64,000 nt of DNA from contig NC_043003.1 of NCBI RefSeq assembly GCF_006345805.1, forward strand, positions 13,020,001-13,084,000, written 5' to 3'. The stretch's first letter is position 1; every line of letters starts with the position of its first letter. Shown here piece by piece: positions 26,807-41,800 of the stretch. The translations under genes were made by a program, and so were the position numbers. The notes beneath the pieces are model-generated. The model saw only the letters and a program-made list of their open reading frames with translations, was not told the DNA's origin and made no database searches. The DNA comes from Octopus sinensis. Taxonomy: Eukaryota.

Positions 26807-27532
26807 ATAGATACAGTGTACATTTAAACACATAAGAGGTATCCGTCATAGGATTCCTTTCACGCTAGAAGGACCAGCTAAAGTCCAAACCCCTATTAGG
26901 GATAAAACTTCGAAGGGAACGAAAAATAAAAACATTTACCATCTATCTCCTGGACCATGGTTTCTGACTTTTTTAACAAATAAAATCATATACATTTATA
27001 TAAAAGAAAAATGGAAAATGGAGGCAAACGCCCAAGATGTTATTTAAATCATTTATATCACCATATCCCCGAAGTCAGTGATATGGTGATATAAATTGTT
27101 TAAATAACATCTTGGGCGTTTGCCTCCATTTTCCATTTTTCTTATGTTCTCCAAAACATGTTCCACATCTTCCTGGAATTAACTCCCACACAAGTGTGAT
27201 TACTAATTCCTAAGACACTTATGTGACATCTGGCAACCTTGTAACTGTTCTTCTGAATCTTTCCTTGTAAATTGAGCATTCATATATATATATATATATA
27301 TATGCTTGTTTTTCCGTTTTCGTTTCTCGTTGAGTTCTACATCTAGTTGTGGTGTCCTGTACTTACGTATATATTTATATATGCATGTATATGTACATGT
27401 AGATGTAGGTACGTACATATATGTTTGTATGTATGCATATATTTTATTTATTACACTATTGTTTGACAGCGCCCTCGCGTCGATTCGATTCGATTCGTTT
27501 GTTTCGTTCCGTTCTTCTTCTTCTCCAAGTAC

Positions 27533-27573
<41 letters not shown>

Positions 27574-29321
27574 TGAGGAGGTGCTGAAAAATTCCTGGCT
27601 TTGGATAAAAGAAAATACAGGAGGATCAGTTAATTATGATTTTATTGAACATATTCTCCTCTCATATTCACATACTTATTGCAGTGGTCCTTCAGTTTTT
27701 CTAAGCCCTATAAAAAAAACTCAGAAGGTTGGTCCTCCAACCAGGCCTTTTGCAACACCCTTAAAACCAGGAACTTTTCAGCACCTCCTCATATGTGGAG
27801 GTATGTGTGTGTGTGTGTGTGTCTTGGTGTATGTATATGTATTTTTGTATTTGTGTTTGTCTCTGCTTACTGCTTGGCAACCAGTACTGGTTTGTTTACA
27901 TTCCCATAATTTAGCAGTTCAGCAAAAGTAACAGATTAAATAACTACCAGATTTACAAAACATATAAGTTTTGGGGTTGGTTTATTTATCTAAGCCCCCC
28001 ATCCAATGTTATATGCTCCAGTGTGGCTGCAATCCAATGATTAAAACAAACAAGAGGTAAAAAATAACATGTGATGGAATTAAAAGAAATATATTCATCT
28101 GTCTTTTACAGGTTGGCAATACTATGGACAGAATTTACCATATTTCTGGAAACCAAGCTAATAAATGGCAAGTGGATACAGCAACAATTGATATTGCAAA
28201 GACATCGAAAAATCTTTACAGAGTAAGTTAAGACTTTCTTACATTTCCATTTATTTTTATTCCACAGCTAGACTTCCATATGGCTTTGTGGTTAAGAAGT
28301 TCACTTCCCAACTGCATGGTTTCAGGTTCAATCCCAGTGTGTGGTACCAAGGACAAATAATAATCATCATCATTTAACGTCTGTTTTTCCAAGCTGGCAT
28401 GGATTGGACGGTTTGACCGAGAACTGGCAAGCTAGATGGCTGCACCAGGCTTCAATCTGATCAGGCAAGGTTTCTACAGGTGGAGGCGCAATGGCCCAGT
28501 GGTTTGGGCAGCAAACTCACGGTCAGAGGATCATGATTTCGATTCCCAGACTGGGCGTTGAATGTTTATTGAGCGAAAACACCTAAAAGCTCCACGAGGT
28601 TCCGACAGGAGGTGGTGGCCACCCCTATTGTACTCTTTCACCCCAACTTTCTCTTACTCTCTCTTCCTGTTTCTTGAGTAATGCTGCGATGGACTGGTAT
28701 CCCGTCCAGCTTGGAGGAGCACATATGCCACAGAAACCGGGAAACTGGGTCCATGAGCCTGGCTAGGCTTGAAAAGGGTACATAAATAAACAGAAAAGGT
28801 TTCTACAGCTGGACGCTCTTCCTAATGCCTACCACTCCAAGAGTGTGGTGGGTGATTTTTATGTGTCAACAGCATGGAAGCCAGTCAAGCAACACTGGCA
28901 TCGACCACATTCAGTTCTTTTTCACAATATTTTTCAATCGGATATGTATCCAGCACTGATGATCAGGGATTAAATAAAATACAGAGGGATAGATTTTTAT
29001 GATTTGACCCCCCCCCCCCCACACACACACTTATTTTTTTTAGATGTGGGGTCAAAGTACTTAAAAGAAAGCAAAGGGGCAATATAATCGCTGTCCATAA
29101 TATTTTGAGTAAAATTCAATGCTCTGCTATTCATTTAGGAGAAATAAGAAATACATATCAAATTCGTTAAGGGTTGTGTGGTAAGAAGCTTGCTTTTTGA
29201 CCACATGGTTCTGGGTTCAGTTCCACTGCATGGCCCCTTGGACAAGTGTCTTCCACTATAGCCTTGGCCCAACCAAAGCCTTGTGAGTGGGTTTGATAGA
29301 TGGAAACTGAAAGAAGCCCGT

Positions 29322-29361
<40 letters not shown>

Positions 29362-31083
29362 TGTGTGTGTCTGTGTCTGTGTGTCTGTGTTTGTCCCCCC
29401 AACATCCCTTGACAACCAATATTGGTGTGTTTACATCCCCGTAATTTGGATTTCTAAAGAAGTGAAAAGTCAAAACTAAAACAAACAAAAAATGAAATTA
29501 CAATCATAAATATAAGTATACATTAAATTACTAATTTCTAATTAGTTATACCATAAATATATATATATAAAACTATAGTTGTGTGAGTGTCTGTCCCCTT
29601 CGATTTAGATTCCTAACTACTCCCACATTTTGCGGTGCAGTTTAACCAACTTATAGTCGTGATTCATATCGAACCCTTCTGGGTATTAGCGCGCGTCTAC
29701 GATGAGTCTACGATTTTAAAAATAATTTACCATCATTTTTTTCCATTTTCATGCATATTTTTTTAAAGGGAAGTAACTCTCTAAAAATGTCTACGTTGAG
29801 TCAACGATTTAAAAAAAAATTTACCATCATATTTTTTCCATTTTTAATGCATTTTTTTGCTATTTTTTGGCTATAACTCTCTAAAAATGCTGTATAGTTA
29901 TTTCCCTTACAAACCCGAGCAACGCCGGGCGATACTGCTAGTTATAAATAAAATTTAATTTGTTTCAGGTGATATTTGAAGCTGTGAAAGGACCAAATAA
30001 GCGAGGTGATATTGCTCTTGATGACATCTCATTTACCTTGGGAGCTTGTTCAGTGAAAGGTAGTAATATCTTCATTTAATTCTTAATTGTAATGGGCCTT
30101 TGACCTCTTAGCAATTCTACATAATGTTGAATTTTAATTGAAGAAATAATAATGATTTCAAATTTTGGCACAAGTCTAGAAAGAATTTTAGCGAGAAGAG
30201 CAAGTTGAGAACATTTACTCCAGTGTTTGCCTGATTCTTTATTTCATTGACTCTGAAAGGATGAAGGGCAAAGTCGACCTTGGTGAGATTTGAACCCAGG
30301 ACGTGTAAAGAGCCACATGAAACACTGCTAAGTACTTTGCCTGGTGTGCTAATGATTCTTTGCTAGCTCATCACGTTTAATGCAACAACAACAACAATAA
30401 CAACAATAAAAATGGTTTCCAATTTTGGCACAAGGCCAACAATTTTAAGAGAGTGAAGTCGATTATATCGCCAACAACCTCGCACCTTGTCAATACTCAA
30501 CTAGTCCTTCTTTTATCAAAGCGAAAAGGATGAAAAACAAAATTGAACTTGGGCAGAATTTCAACGTAAAGAACCAGAAGAAAGGCAGATAATTATTTTC
30601 TCCAACACACTAACAATTCTACCTGCTCAACATCATTATTATGATAACAACAACAACAACAACAACAACACAACAACAACAACAATAATAATAATAATAT
30701 AATAATAATAATAATGGTTTCAAATTTTGCCACAAGAGCAGAATAATAATGATAATAATGATGGTGATGATAATAATAATTATAATAATAATAATAATAA
30801 TCATCATCATCATCATCATCGTTTAGCGTCCGCTTTCCATAATAATAATAATAATAATAATCTTTTCTAATCTAGGCACAAGTCCAAAAGTTTGGGGTGA
30901 GGGGGGGGGGGCAGTCAAGTAGATCAACCCCAGTGTTTGACTAGTACCTAATTTATCAACCCTGAAAGGATGAAAAGCAAAGTTGACATTGGCAAAATTT
31001 GAACTCAGAACATAAAGACAGATGAGATACTACTAAGCATTTCATCCGGCATGCTAACCTTTTCCTCATTATTGATGATTATT

Positions 31084-31114
<31 letters not shown>

Positions 31115-34100
31115 TAATAATGCCCTGATGCAGTACCAGGCATTGGTTCTCATGGCTTCTAATCTTAACTGGTTGGAAGTGTTATGTACATTGTTTTGTG
31201 TTGATATAAAAGATGGGCCACAGCAAATATTCTACTCAATACCACAGGTTTGCTTGTCAATTGTTTGACCTTAACCAGTTGAGCATCTCCCAGTACTTTG
31301 TAATAAAGATTGTTTGCCAACATAACATGGCAGTCCTGGTTTAGGACTAATGTTGCTGTAATTTAGCCCCAAGAGACATCGTCTCCAGCTGTCTATACAA
31401 CATGATCTGTGTCCTTATATTTTTGAATAAGGGAATCTAGCACCCCCACCCAGCTCAAAACAATATATGTTTGAAAATATAAGGACACAGATCATGTTGT
31501 ATAACCAGCTGGAGACAATGTCTCCTGGGGTTAAATTACAGCAACATCAGTCCTAGACCAGGACTGCCATGTTATGTTGGCAAACAATCTTTACTACATG
31601 ATATTTATAATATGCAATCAAGTTCTCCCCTGACGACCCATTGCAGTTAGGAAACCAAATGCACTTGGAACATCCAATGCTGAGTTCCAAATAACTGCAA
31701 TGGTAAAACTTATGTTGGAACTAAATTTTTTATACTGGTGTTTATCTTAATTTCCACTAATGATATTTACATAATCATCCATGCTTACAGTTTTGCATCA
31801 CATAAAAATTATTTACAAGCTCACCGATAAAAATAATCTTGACCGTATAATTTTTCACAGGAGATTGTGACTTCGAAGACCCAAACTGTTTATGGACAAA
31901 TGTTCAAGGTACTGGTGATAATTTTGATTGGATAAAATTGAAGGGCCCAGCTACAAATACCAACACAGGCCCAAAATTTGATCACACACAACAGAATGCA
32001 CAAGGTAATTTTAAAATATCCATTTCCCATGTATTTTTTCATATCTATGTTTAAAGCTATATCTCTTTCCATTCCATGTTATTTTATATTTTAGAAGTGA
32101 TATATCTTTGTAGTATCTGTGAGAGGATGATAAGCTACTCTTTTGAGAAGGTTTTATCTATTATCTTCATCAGATGTCTTGTTCCTGGATACATACATAT
32201 TCAACGAGAATAACACACTTAATGATAGTCAAAGATCAAACCAATTAAAATATAATGTGCAGATAGATAAATGTCAGAAAAATGTTTTATCTCTCGAAAG
32301 ATGAATGGTTTTAAAAGATGAAAGATTTGCATTTTCTCATGCCATTTAAACTGACTAGAACATATTACTGCAACCATCCACTCTATGTGTCATGTTTAAG
32401 TGGTTACTATTAACCTTTGCTTGCTGACATCTTGGTAGGAAAACCACAAAACCAAGGAGAATGCAACCTGTGGGGCTGCTTTTACATGAAGAGTGCAGGA
32501 GTGGCTGTGTGGTAAGTAGCTTGCTTACCAACCACATGGTTCCGGGTTCAGTCCCACTGCGTAGCACCTTGGGCAATTGTCTTCTACTATAGCCTCGGGC
32601 CTACCAAAGCCTTGTGAGTGGATTTGGTAGACGGAAACTGAAAGAAGCCCATCATATATATGTTTGTGTGTCTGTGTTTGTCCCCTAACATCGCTTAACA
32701 ACCGATGCTGGTGTGTTTACGTCCCCGTAATTTAGCGGTTCGGCAAAAGAGACCGATAGAATAAGTACTAGGCTTACAAAGAATAAGTCCTGGGGTCGAT
32801 TTGCTCGACTAAAGACGGTGCTCCAGCATGGCCACAGTCAAATGACTGAAACAAGTAAAAGAGTAAGAGGAGAGATATGACTTTAATTTCTATCATTTAG
32901 TATTTCATTATTTTTATTCTTTTATCACTATTTATGTGTTTTATTAGGTTGTTTCTTCTATTTTATGGTGTTTTCTCATATTTTTTCTAGCTTTAATGTT
33001 CTGGTAGTTTCACATAAAAATATTTATACATAATTCTGGCACCTGTGTCGGTGGCACATAAAAAACACCATCCGAGCGTGGCCGTCCGCCAGCCTCGTCT
33101 GGCACCTGTGTCGGTGGCACATAAAAAACACCATCCGAGCATGGCCGTTCACCAGCCTCGTCTGGCACCTGTGTCGGTGGCACATAAAATCACCCACTAC
33201 ACTCTCGGAGTGGTTGGCGTTAGGAAGGGCATCCAGCTGTAGAAACACTGCCAGATCTGACTGGCCTGGTGCAGCCTTCGGGCTCCCTAGACCCCAGTTG
33301 AACCATATAACCCATGCTAGCATGGAAAGCGGACGTTAAACGATGATGATGATGATGATGAATTCAGGAAAATATGAAACAATGCTCTCTGATACCAGAT
33401 CACTGCCCTCGTTGTCTTCTTTTCAGTTACTTCCACCCTTATATAAAACAGAGTAACCATTCTCTCCTCTACAGCAAGACAGATATACTTGCCTCTCAGC
33501 ACCTGATATGATGATGTCTCCTCCCGCCTTATACTACTATCCCACTCAGTTGAAGGTCTTTTCTTTGTTTCGTGAGTTACTTGGACACCTCACTAATACC
33601 GGTGTCATGGAAAAAGTACCTGCTACACTCTGGCAAGAAACTGGCATTAGAAAGAGTATCCAGCCAAGAGCTCGGCACTGTCTTGTAGCTCATTGGATTC
33701 TGTTGAAAGGACCAAATATTGACGACAATGATGATGATGATGACAATGATGACAACAACACCAAAGATGATGATGGTGATGATGGCGATGACAATGATGA
33801 TGATGACAATGATGACAACAACACCAAAGATGATGATGGTGATGATGATGATGATGATGACGATGATGACAATGATGATGATGATAATGATGATAATTAT
33901 TACCCAGTATCAAGAAGGATGATGATGATGATGACAATGATATGGTGCTGATGATGATGTTAATGATGACAATGATGACAACGATGATGATTATGATGAT
34001 GATGGTGATGACTGATGATAATCATGATGATAATTATTACCCAGTATCAAGAAGGATGATGATGATGATGGTGATGATGATGATAAAGATGACAACGATG

Positions 34101-36555
34101 ATAACGATGATGATTATAATGATAATGATGATAATGATGATGATAGTTATTACCCAGTATCAAGAAGGATGATGATGATGACAACAATGATGATGGTGAT
34201 GATGATGATGATGATAAAGATGACAATGATGACAACGATGATGATTATGATGATAATGATGATAATGATGATGATAGTTATTACCCAGTATCAAGAAGGA
34301 TGATGATTATGATGACAATGATGATGGTGATGATGATGATAAAGATGGCAATGATGACAACGATGATGATTATGATGACAATGATGATGACAATGATGAT
34401 AATGATGAGTGGACAGCCGTCATATGTATTTATATATATTCATGTACATATATATGTACAAACATATATACACACACACACACCTCACACACATAGACAG
34501 ACAGACAGATAGATATATAGGTATTTCTACAATTTAGATTTATTTAGATGTGCATGTTGAATCTACCAAATAAGCAGTGAGACAATTGTATATCTTAGTC
34601 ATAAAACTATGACAAATCACTGTTGTGTCTGAGGAAAGTCATTTTCTTTTTGTGCCTTTAATTTAACATACTCACCGGTAAAATTTCCACTTATTTCTTA
34701 TTTTTATTTTCCTAAAATTTCCATTTATTTCTTATTTTTATTTTCCTAAAATTTCCATTTATTTCTTATTTTTATTTTTCTAAAATTTCCACTTATTTCT
34801 TATTTTTATTTTCCTAAAATTTCCACTTATTTCTTATTTTCATTTTCCTAAAATTTCCACTTATTTCTTATTTTCATTTTCCTAAAATTTCCACTTATTT
34901 CTTATTTTTATTTTCCTAAAATTTCCACTTATTTCTTATTTTTATTTTCCTAAAATTTCCACTTATTTCTTATTTTTATTTTCCTAAAATTTCCACTTAT
35001 TTCTTATTTTTATTTTCCTAAAATTTCCACTTATTTCTTATTTTTATTTTCCTAAAATTTCCACTTATTTCTTATTTTTATTTTCCTAAAATTTCCACTT
35101 ATTTCTTATTTTTATTTTCCTAAAATTTCCATTTATTTCTTACTTATATTTTCCTAACATTTCCACTTATTTCTTACTTATATTTTCCTAACATTTCCAC
35201 TTATTTCTTATTTTTATTTTCCTAAAACTTCCACTTATTTCTTATTTTTATTTTCCTAAAATTTTCGTTGCGTCTTGCAACCTTTTCAATAATGGACATA
35301 GTCAAGACTATTGAAAAGGTTGCAAGACACAACGAAAATTTTAGGAAAATAAAAATAAGAAATAAGTGGAAATTTTACCGGTCAGTGTGTTAAATTATAA
35401 GGCAAAAAAAAATAAAATGACTCTCCTTGACACAACAGAATATGCTTCAACACACGAACTCATATAAAGAATCTTGCAAACCAAATCCAAAAATGAAATA
35501 TAACAAATCCCGTTAAATCAGAAAGACTGATTTAACAAAAAATGATTTAATCTCAGCTTTACATTATCAGAAAACATTAATGCAAAATATCCAGTAGCTG
35601 TATTGTATCGTTTTTCATGTCTTTAACAGCAAAGAATTGCATAAATAATTTAACCTTCTTTCAGGTCACTACCAATATATTGAAAAAGCAAAAGGAAATG
35701 ACCCAGGCCGAGCTTGGTTAGTTAGTCCACTTTTCCAACCACTTACTTCTGATAAGTGTCTGCAGTTCTGGTATAACATGAATGGGAAAGACATTAGTAG
35801 ACTGTCAGTTGTAATCACCGTTGCAGGTTTGTATAATTGATTCCTTTTAGTGAAATAAGTAGGTAGTAACACTATTGACCATTATGATTCTATATCTGCG
35901 TGTGTATGTATAAGGCAGTGTGCTGCCGGAATTGTTAGCATGCCAGGTGAAATTCTTAGTGGTATTTCGTCTGCCACTACATTCTGAGTTCAAATTCCGC
36001 CGAGGTCAACTTTGACTTTCATCCTTTCAGAGTCGATAAATTAAGTACCAGTTACGCACTGGAGTCGATGTAATCGACTTAATCCGTTTGTCTGTCCTTG
36101 TTTGTCCTCTCTGTGTTTAGCCCTTTGTGGGTAGAAAAGAAATAGGTATTTCGTCTGGTACTACTTTCTGAGTTCAAATTCTGCCATGGTTGACTTTGCT
36201 TTTCATCCTTTCAGGGTCAATAAATTAAGTACCAGTCAAGCACAGGGGTCGATGTAATCGACTACCTCAATCCCCACAAATTCCAGGCTTTGACCCACAA
36301 TAGAAAGGTATCTATGTGTGTATGGGTGTGTGTGTGTGTATGTGCATTTGCACATGTGTGTTTGTGTGTGAGTATGTATGTAAAAGGTTTTTCTGTGTAA
36401 ACTATATGTATTGATGATGATGATGATGATGATATATAAGTACATATATATATATATTCATATAAGACACAAGGATTGAAATTCCACTCGTCATGAAATG
36501 TATGTAGCCTGGATCTTATCTACTCCATTCCTCAAGTCTTATATATATATATAAT

Positions 36556-36623
<68 letters not shown>

Positions 36624-38778
36624 TATGTATGTATGTACGTATGAATGTAAGTATGTATGCATGTAAATATGTATTTATGTATATATGTATACATATGTTT
36701 ATATGTATTTTAGTATGCATGTATGAGGGGCTGCTGAAAAGTTCCTGGCTTTGAGCAAAAGAAAATACAGGAGAATCAGTTAATCATAATTTTATTCAAC
36801 ATATTCCCCTCTCGGATTCACACACTTATTGCAGCGGGCCTTCAGTTTTTCTGATCCCTGTAAAACAACTCAGAATGATGGACTGCCAACCAGGGTTTTC
36901 TGCCGAGTTCAAATTCCGCCGAGGTTGACTTTGCCTTTCATCCTTTCGGGGTCAATAAATTAAGTACCAGTTGCATATTGGTGTCGATCTAATTGACTGG
37001 TCCCCTCCCCCAAAATTTCAGGCCTTGTGCCTTGAGCAGAAAAGAAAAGAATACTGTGTAGTTGACAAAATCATATGTGAAATAAAAAATATAAAATGTT
37101 GACAAGTTACCCATGGCAATCTGTGTGTGTGTGTGTATATATATATGTATATAAAATAATATTTTTATGGAGGCAACACAGGCAAAGTCTAAAAGAACAT
37201 AAGCACCATCCGATTGTGGCCATTTGCCAGCCTCGTCTGGCACCTGTGTCGGTGGCACGTAAAAAGCACCCACTACACTCACAGAGTGGTTGGTGTTAGG
37301 AAGGGCATCCAGCCGTAAAAACATTGCCAGATCAGACTGGGCCTGGTGCAGCCTTCTGGCTTCCCAGACCCCAGTTGAACCATCCAACCCATGCTAGCAT
37401 GGAAAGCGGACACTAAACAATGATGATGATGATGATTCGAAACCTATGTAAAAACATATATTCTCTATAAAATGGAAATAAAATTCCAGAATGCATAAAT
37501 ATATATTTCATATTTAATTTCCTCATACTAAAGTATTACAATTTTAAATGTACTTACAATAGAAATTTTTCTTAAATCCAATCGTGTTTCATGTATTACA
37601 TCGACATTTGTCTATTTGTGTATATTTATGTATTCTGTAATTTTTATTTCCATTTTATCGAGAATATATATATTTGTAAAATTTTCGAATGGGTATTTTA
37701 ATTATGTTCTTTTTGACTCCACCTGCGTTGCCTCCACAAAAATATTATTTTGAATATAGCTCAAAACGAGCACTACATATTCCTATCTGTATATCAATGA
37801 GAGTTATCGTTAACATTTTATTATTTATGCACCCTTTTCAAGCTTAGCCAGGCTCATGGGCCCAGTTTCCCGGTTTCTATGGTGTATGGGTTTCCCCCCA
37901 GCTGGACGGGACGTCAGTCCATCGCAGCATTACTCAAGAAACAGGAAGAGAGAGTGAGAGAAAGTTGGGGCAAAAGAGTACAACAGGGGTCGCCACCACC
38001 CTCTGCTGGAGCCTCGTGGAGCTTTAGGTGTTTTCGCTAAATAAACACACACAATGCCCGGTCTGGGAATCAAAACCGTGATCCTCCGACCACGAGTCTG
38101 CTGTCCTAATCACTGGGCCATTGTGCCTCCATTGTTAACATTAAAAAGCTCTAAATAAACTATATTATATATATATATCTATAATATATATATATATACT
38201 TTGGGGGCCACCTGGACATCTCATCACCACTATTTCTTTGTGACTCCTACTTACTCATTCTCACTCTCTTCTCCAAACCTGAGTAACTATGTGGCTTCTC
38301 TACAACACGAACCTTCTCCACCTCTGCCCCTTTCTCTCATACTTTAACCCTCATCATCCTGCATAAATTCACCCCACTTTTGGGTTTTGTGGTCATGTCA
38401 GCTGTATGGAAACCTCAGTAGTGCCAATGACATAAAAAAAACACCCTGTACATGCTGTAAAGTGGTTGAAATTAGGAGGGGCATCCAACCATGGAAACCA
38501 TCCTGATGCAGACATTGGAGCATAACGATGACAATGGCGATGGTGATGATGATGATGATGATGATGATAATATGTGACCGCATGTGTACCGTTGGCGATT
38601 TTTTTTCCTCTGTCTTCCCTTCTTTGGATCTTTCCTTCTCCTATGTTTCCGACGAAGAGCTCCACTCGAAACGTTAAACCCGCCTTCTTTCTTTCTTTCC
38701 TGAGCGTCCAATAATACTATATTTGTTCCACGTCCTCGCATTGTTGTGTTTTTTGCGTTCTTGTTTGGATTAATTATA

Positions 38779-38842
<64 letters not shown>

Positions 38843-41800
38843 GAGGGCATTATTACACATACATGCCACACGCTAAGAGGGACATTAGTCGTTTCTACCA
38901 AATGTCCCTCTTAGCGTGTGGCATGTATGTGTAATAATGCCCTCTATATATAAATTAATATGTTCAATAAGAAAGAATTATTTTCGAAATTTTTCTCTTA
39001 TGAGGTTTTTCACGCTATCTACCTGATAATTTCTTGTTAAGATTCCTTATTAAGAAGTTATCCTTAATTGTTATATATATATATATATATATTATGTACA
39101 TCTTTGAATTTATATAGTAATGTATTTTGATGGACAAATAATTCAAATATAATTCCAGTTGTTTAATATCTTTTTTCTTTTTTTAATATTTTTCATGCTT
39201 TATCCAGGCTCAAGCAATATTACCATTTGGCAATTAGAAGGAAACCAAGGTAAAGCATGGTTACAAGGCCAGGTATCTCTACCAAGGATAAAGAAACCTT
39301 ATTCTGTCGTATTTGAAGGCATCAATGGCAAAGAACAAGGTGGCATAGCTCTGGATGACATCACTTTTATAAACGAAGGCTGCAGAAGTAAGTCCCTCTG
39401 CAGATGATAGCATTATTTTATTATATCTTGTGTCTAATTAGAAATACATGCTTATGTATTTCAATTTTTTGCCTCTCTTTTCTCGCTCTTTCTCTCCCCT
39501 TCTCAATGTCTCTGTCTTTCTCCTTTCCTTTTCTGAGATAACCATGTATACAGTTCTATATTTAAGAGATGAGGAATTATGTACATTATTTACATTCGAC
39601 GGATATTTGTCCTCATCTTGATTGTTATTAACACAATGTTTCGGCTGATATACCCTCCAGCCTTCTTCAGGTGTCTTGGGGAAATTTCGGACCTGGGTAT
39701 TCTTCAATGTTATTATTCTTCGATGTTATTATTATTATTATTATCATTATTATTGTTCAGGTCACTGCTTGGAATCAGACTCAGAATCTTGGGGTTAGTA
39801 GCCAGCGCTCTTAACCACTATGCCACAGGCATATGGCATCAATTGCAACCCGGTCACAGACATGAATTCATGATGTTGCAGTGGATCTACATCAGTAACG
39901 AGGTTGCAATTAGCATGATGAAAATTTTACCATAATAAAAATGGTACCAAAATTTTGGCACAAAGCCTGCAATCATAAGCAGTGGCATAATCAATTACAT
40001 CAACCTCAATGTTCAAGCTTTCAGACCCTGCTTTTCCACACTGGTCTTCTTCTGGGAAGCCATTTAGCCCTGATCCTGAAGTCACTAACAACTAACCTAT
40101 GTAGTGGGGTGCATTCTTCACCTGGAAAAGTTTTGGCATTTATAAGCAGCCATCTGACTAGTGTACCTATTGGGCTTGTAGGTGAACAGGTGACTGGCAG
40201 GTTTCCTGAAGTTAGTATTACAGACCATAAGATCATTTTCATCGCAGAACTCCAGCAGTCTGGTTCCCTCCTCATTGTAAGAACCAAATCTGTTGCCACC
40301 ATGCACTCCATGGAAGCTTCCCAGATATTGTCCAACATGCCCATTGAAGTCACCAGCCACAAAGAGAAGGTCCCTGTCATTCGTCAATGAGGTAGTCTGC
40401 AAGAGAGTGTCATAAAATTGGCCTTTCTATTCATCAAGCAGACCGGGCTGAGAGGCATAGGCCCAGATAATGGTTGCTATTCAATGTTGCAGGACTAGTC
40501 TAATTCTGCAGGACTAGTCTAATGTTGCAGGACTAGTCTAAGAATTCTATCACAGACTCTAATTACCTCGATTACCTTATCAACCTATTCCTCAGCAAGG
40601 AGTATACCCACGCCCCCAACCCCATCAATGTTCCTTACCCAGAAGATCTTATACCTATGTTCTTGGCCTGTGAGGAACCTAACAGAAGCCCCTCTCCACC
40701 TTACCTCTTGGATGCAACACAAATCTACACTCCTCAGTTCAAACATCTCAACAATTTCACCAAACATACTTTTCAATGTGCCAACATTAAGTGTACCAAC
40801 TCTGAGGGTGTGGGCCAGCAAGACCCAGGGATGGAAGACATTTTGAATCTGAAAAGAAAGCTCGCTTGTGCATTTGGTAGACATCGTAAACATACAAATA
40901 GACTTCAACTTGCATACACTTCACCATCATTTTATCCACTTCACAATCACTATATTTACCAGGAGATAAACACTAGATAGGGATGGAGGGAAAGGGAAAG
41001 TGGAGAGAGCATTCCATATGGGTAACCATTAGGCTTCTGGTAGAGGTTAGAAGAGAAAGACTTCCAGTACAGGTGGTAGGGGTGGGTTGGGAGGGTGCAT
41101 TGTGAATGACAAAACACTATGGATGCCCTATTCCCTAACTAAAGGCAACGAAATATATCCACAAACAAAGCAAAAGACACTAAATTAACATATTAATAGT
41201 TTTCACCAAGCTAACATGGCATAGGATGAATGCTTCCGTTGATTAGCTCCAAGAAGCCATCACCTCTAGCTAGCTATGTGACACACAAACCTGTGTCCAT
41301 TATAACCTTCGAACAGGGGAGGTCAGCAGCTTCCCCTTGCTGGTCTGGCATCCACAGACTAGTTTCGGGGTGGTTACCTCTTATCAATGTGGAGTAGCCG
41401 AACCCAGCAGGCATCGCTACTGACCGACTATTCAAAGGATTATTTACCTAAATTCAGTGGAATACATCCACTGGTTTTCAAAAATAGAAATATCATTATT
41501 TCTAATTCTCTTTAAAGGCTTCTTGGAGCTAATCAACAGCAGCATTCATCCTATTTATCTGGACTGCCGTGTTAGCTTGGCAATAACTATTAATATCCAG
41601 TACTGCTGCCGTAGCCTCCTTTAGAGAGAATTAAGAATGATGATATTTTTACTAAATTAACAGTTTTTTTTTAATTGCTAATATGATGTGTATTTATCTT
41701 AGTTTCAACACATAGCCTCAAATTAAATCCCGTACCATACAAGTACATCTCAAAGCTATATTTTTGATAATCTAAATTTTGAATTATTTCAGTAATCCCA

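Noticed and set aside
21163-34512. Long poly-Asp/Met/His/Ser ORFs at 21.2, 24.7 and 33.5-34.5 kb
   Set aside because: Translations of (GAT)n-type microsatellites open in several frames on both strands; no splice or domain support.
41190-41430. HDV-like ribozyme near the RTE endonuclease fragment and in the 31.3 and 49.9 kb fold-backs
   Set aside because: GGCUAA and hairpins are present, but I could not assign P1, P3 and L3 in canonical order.
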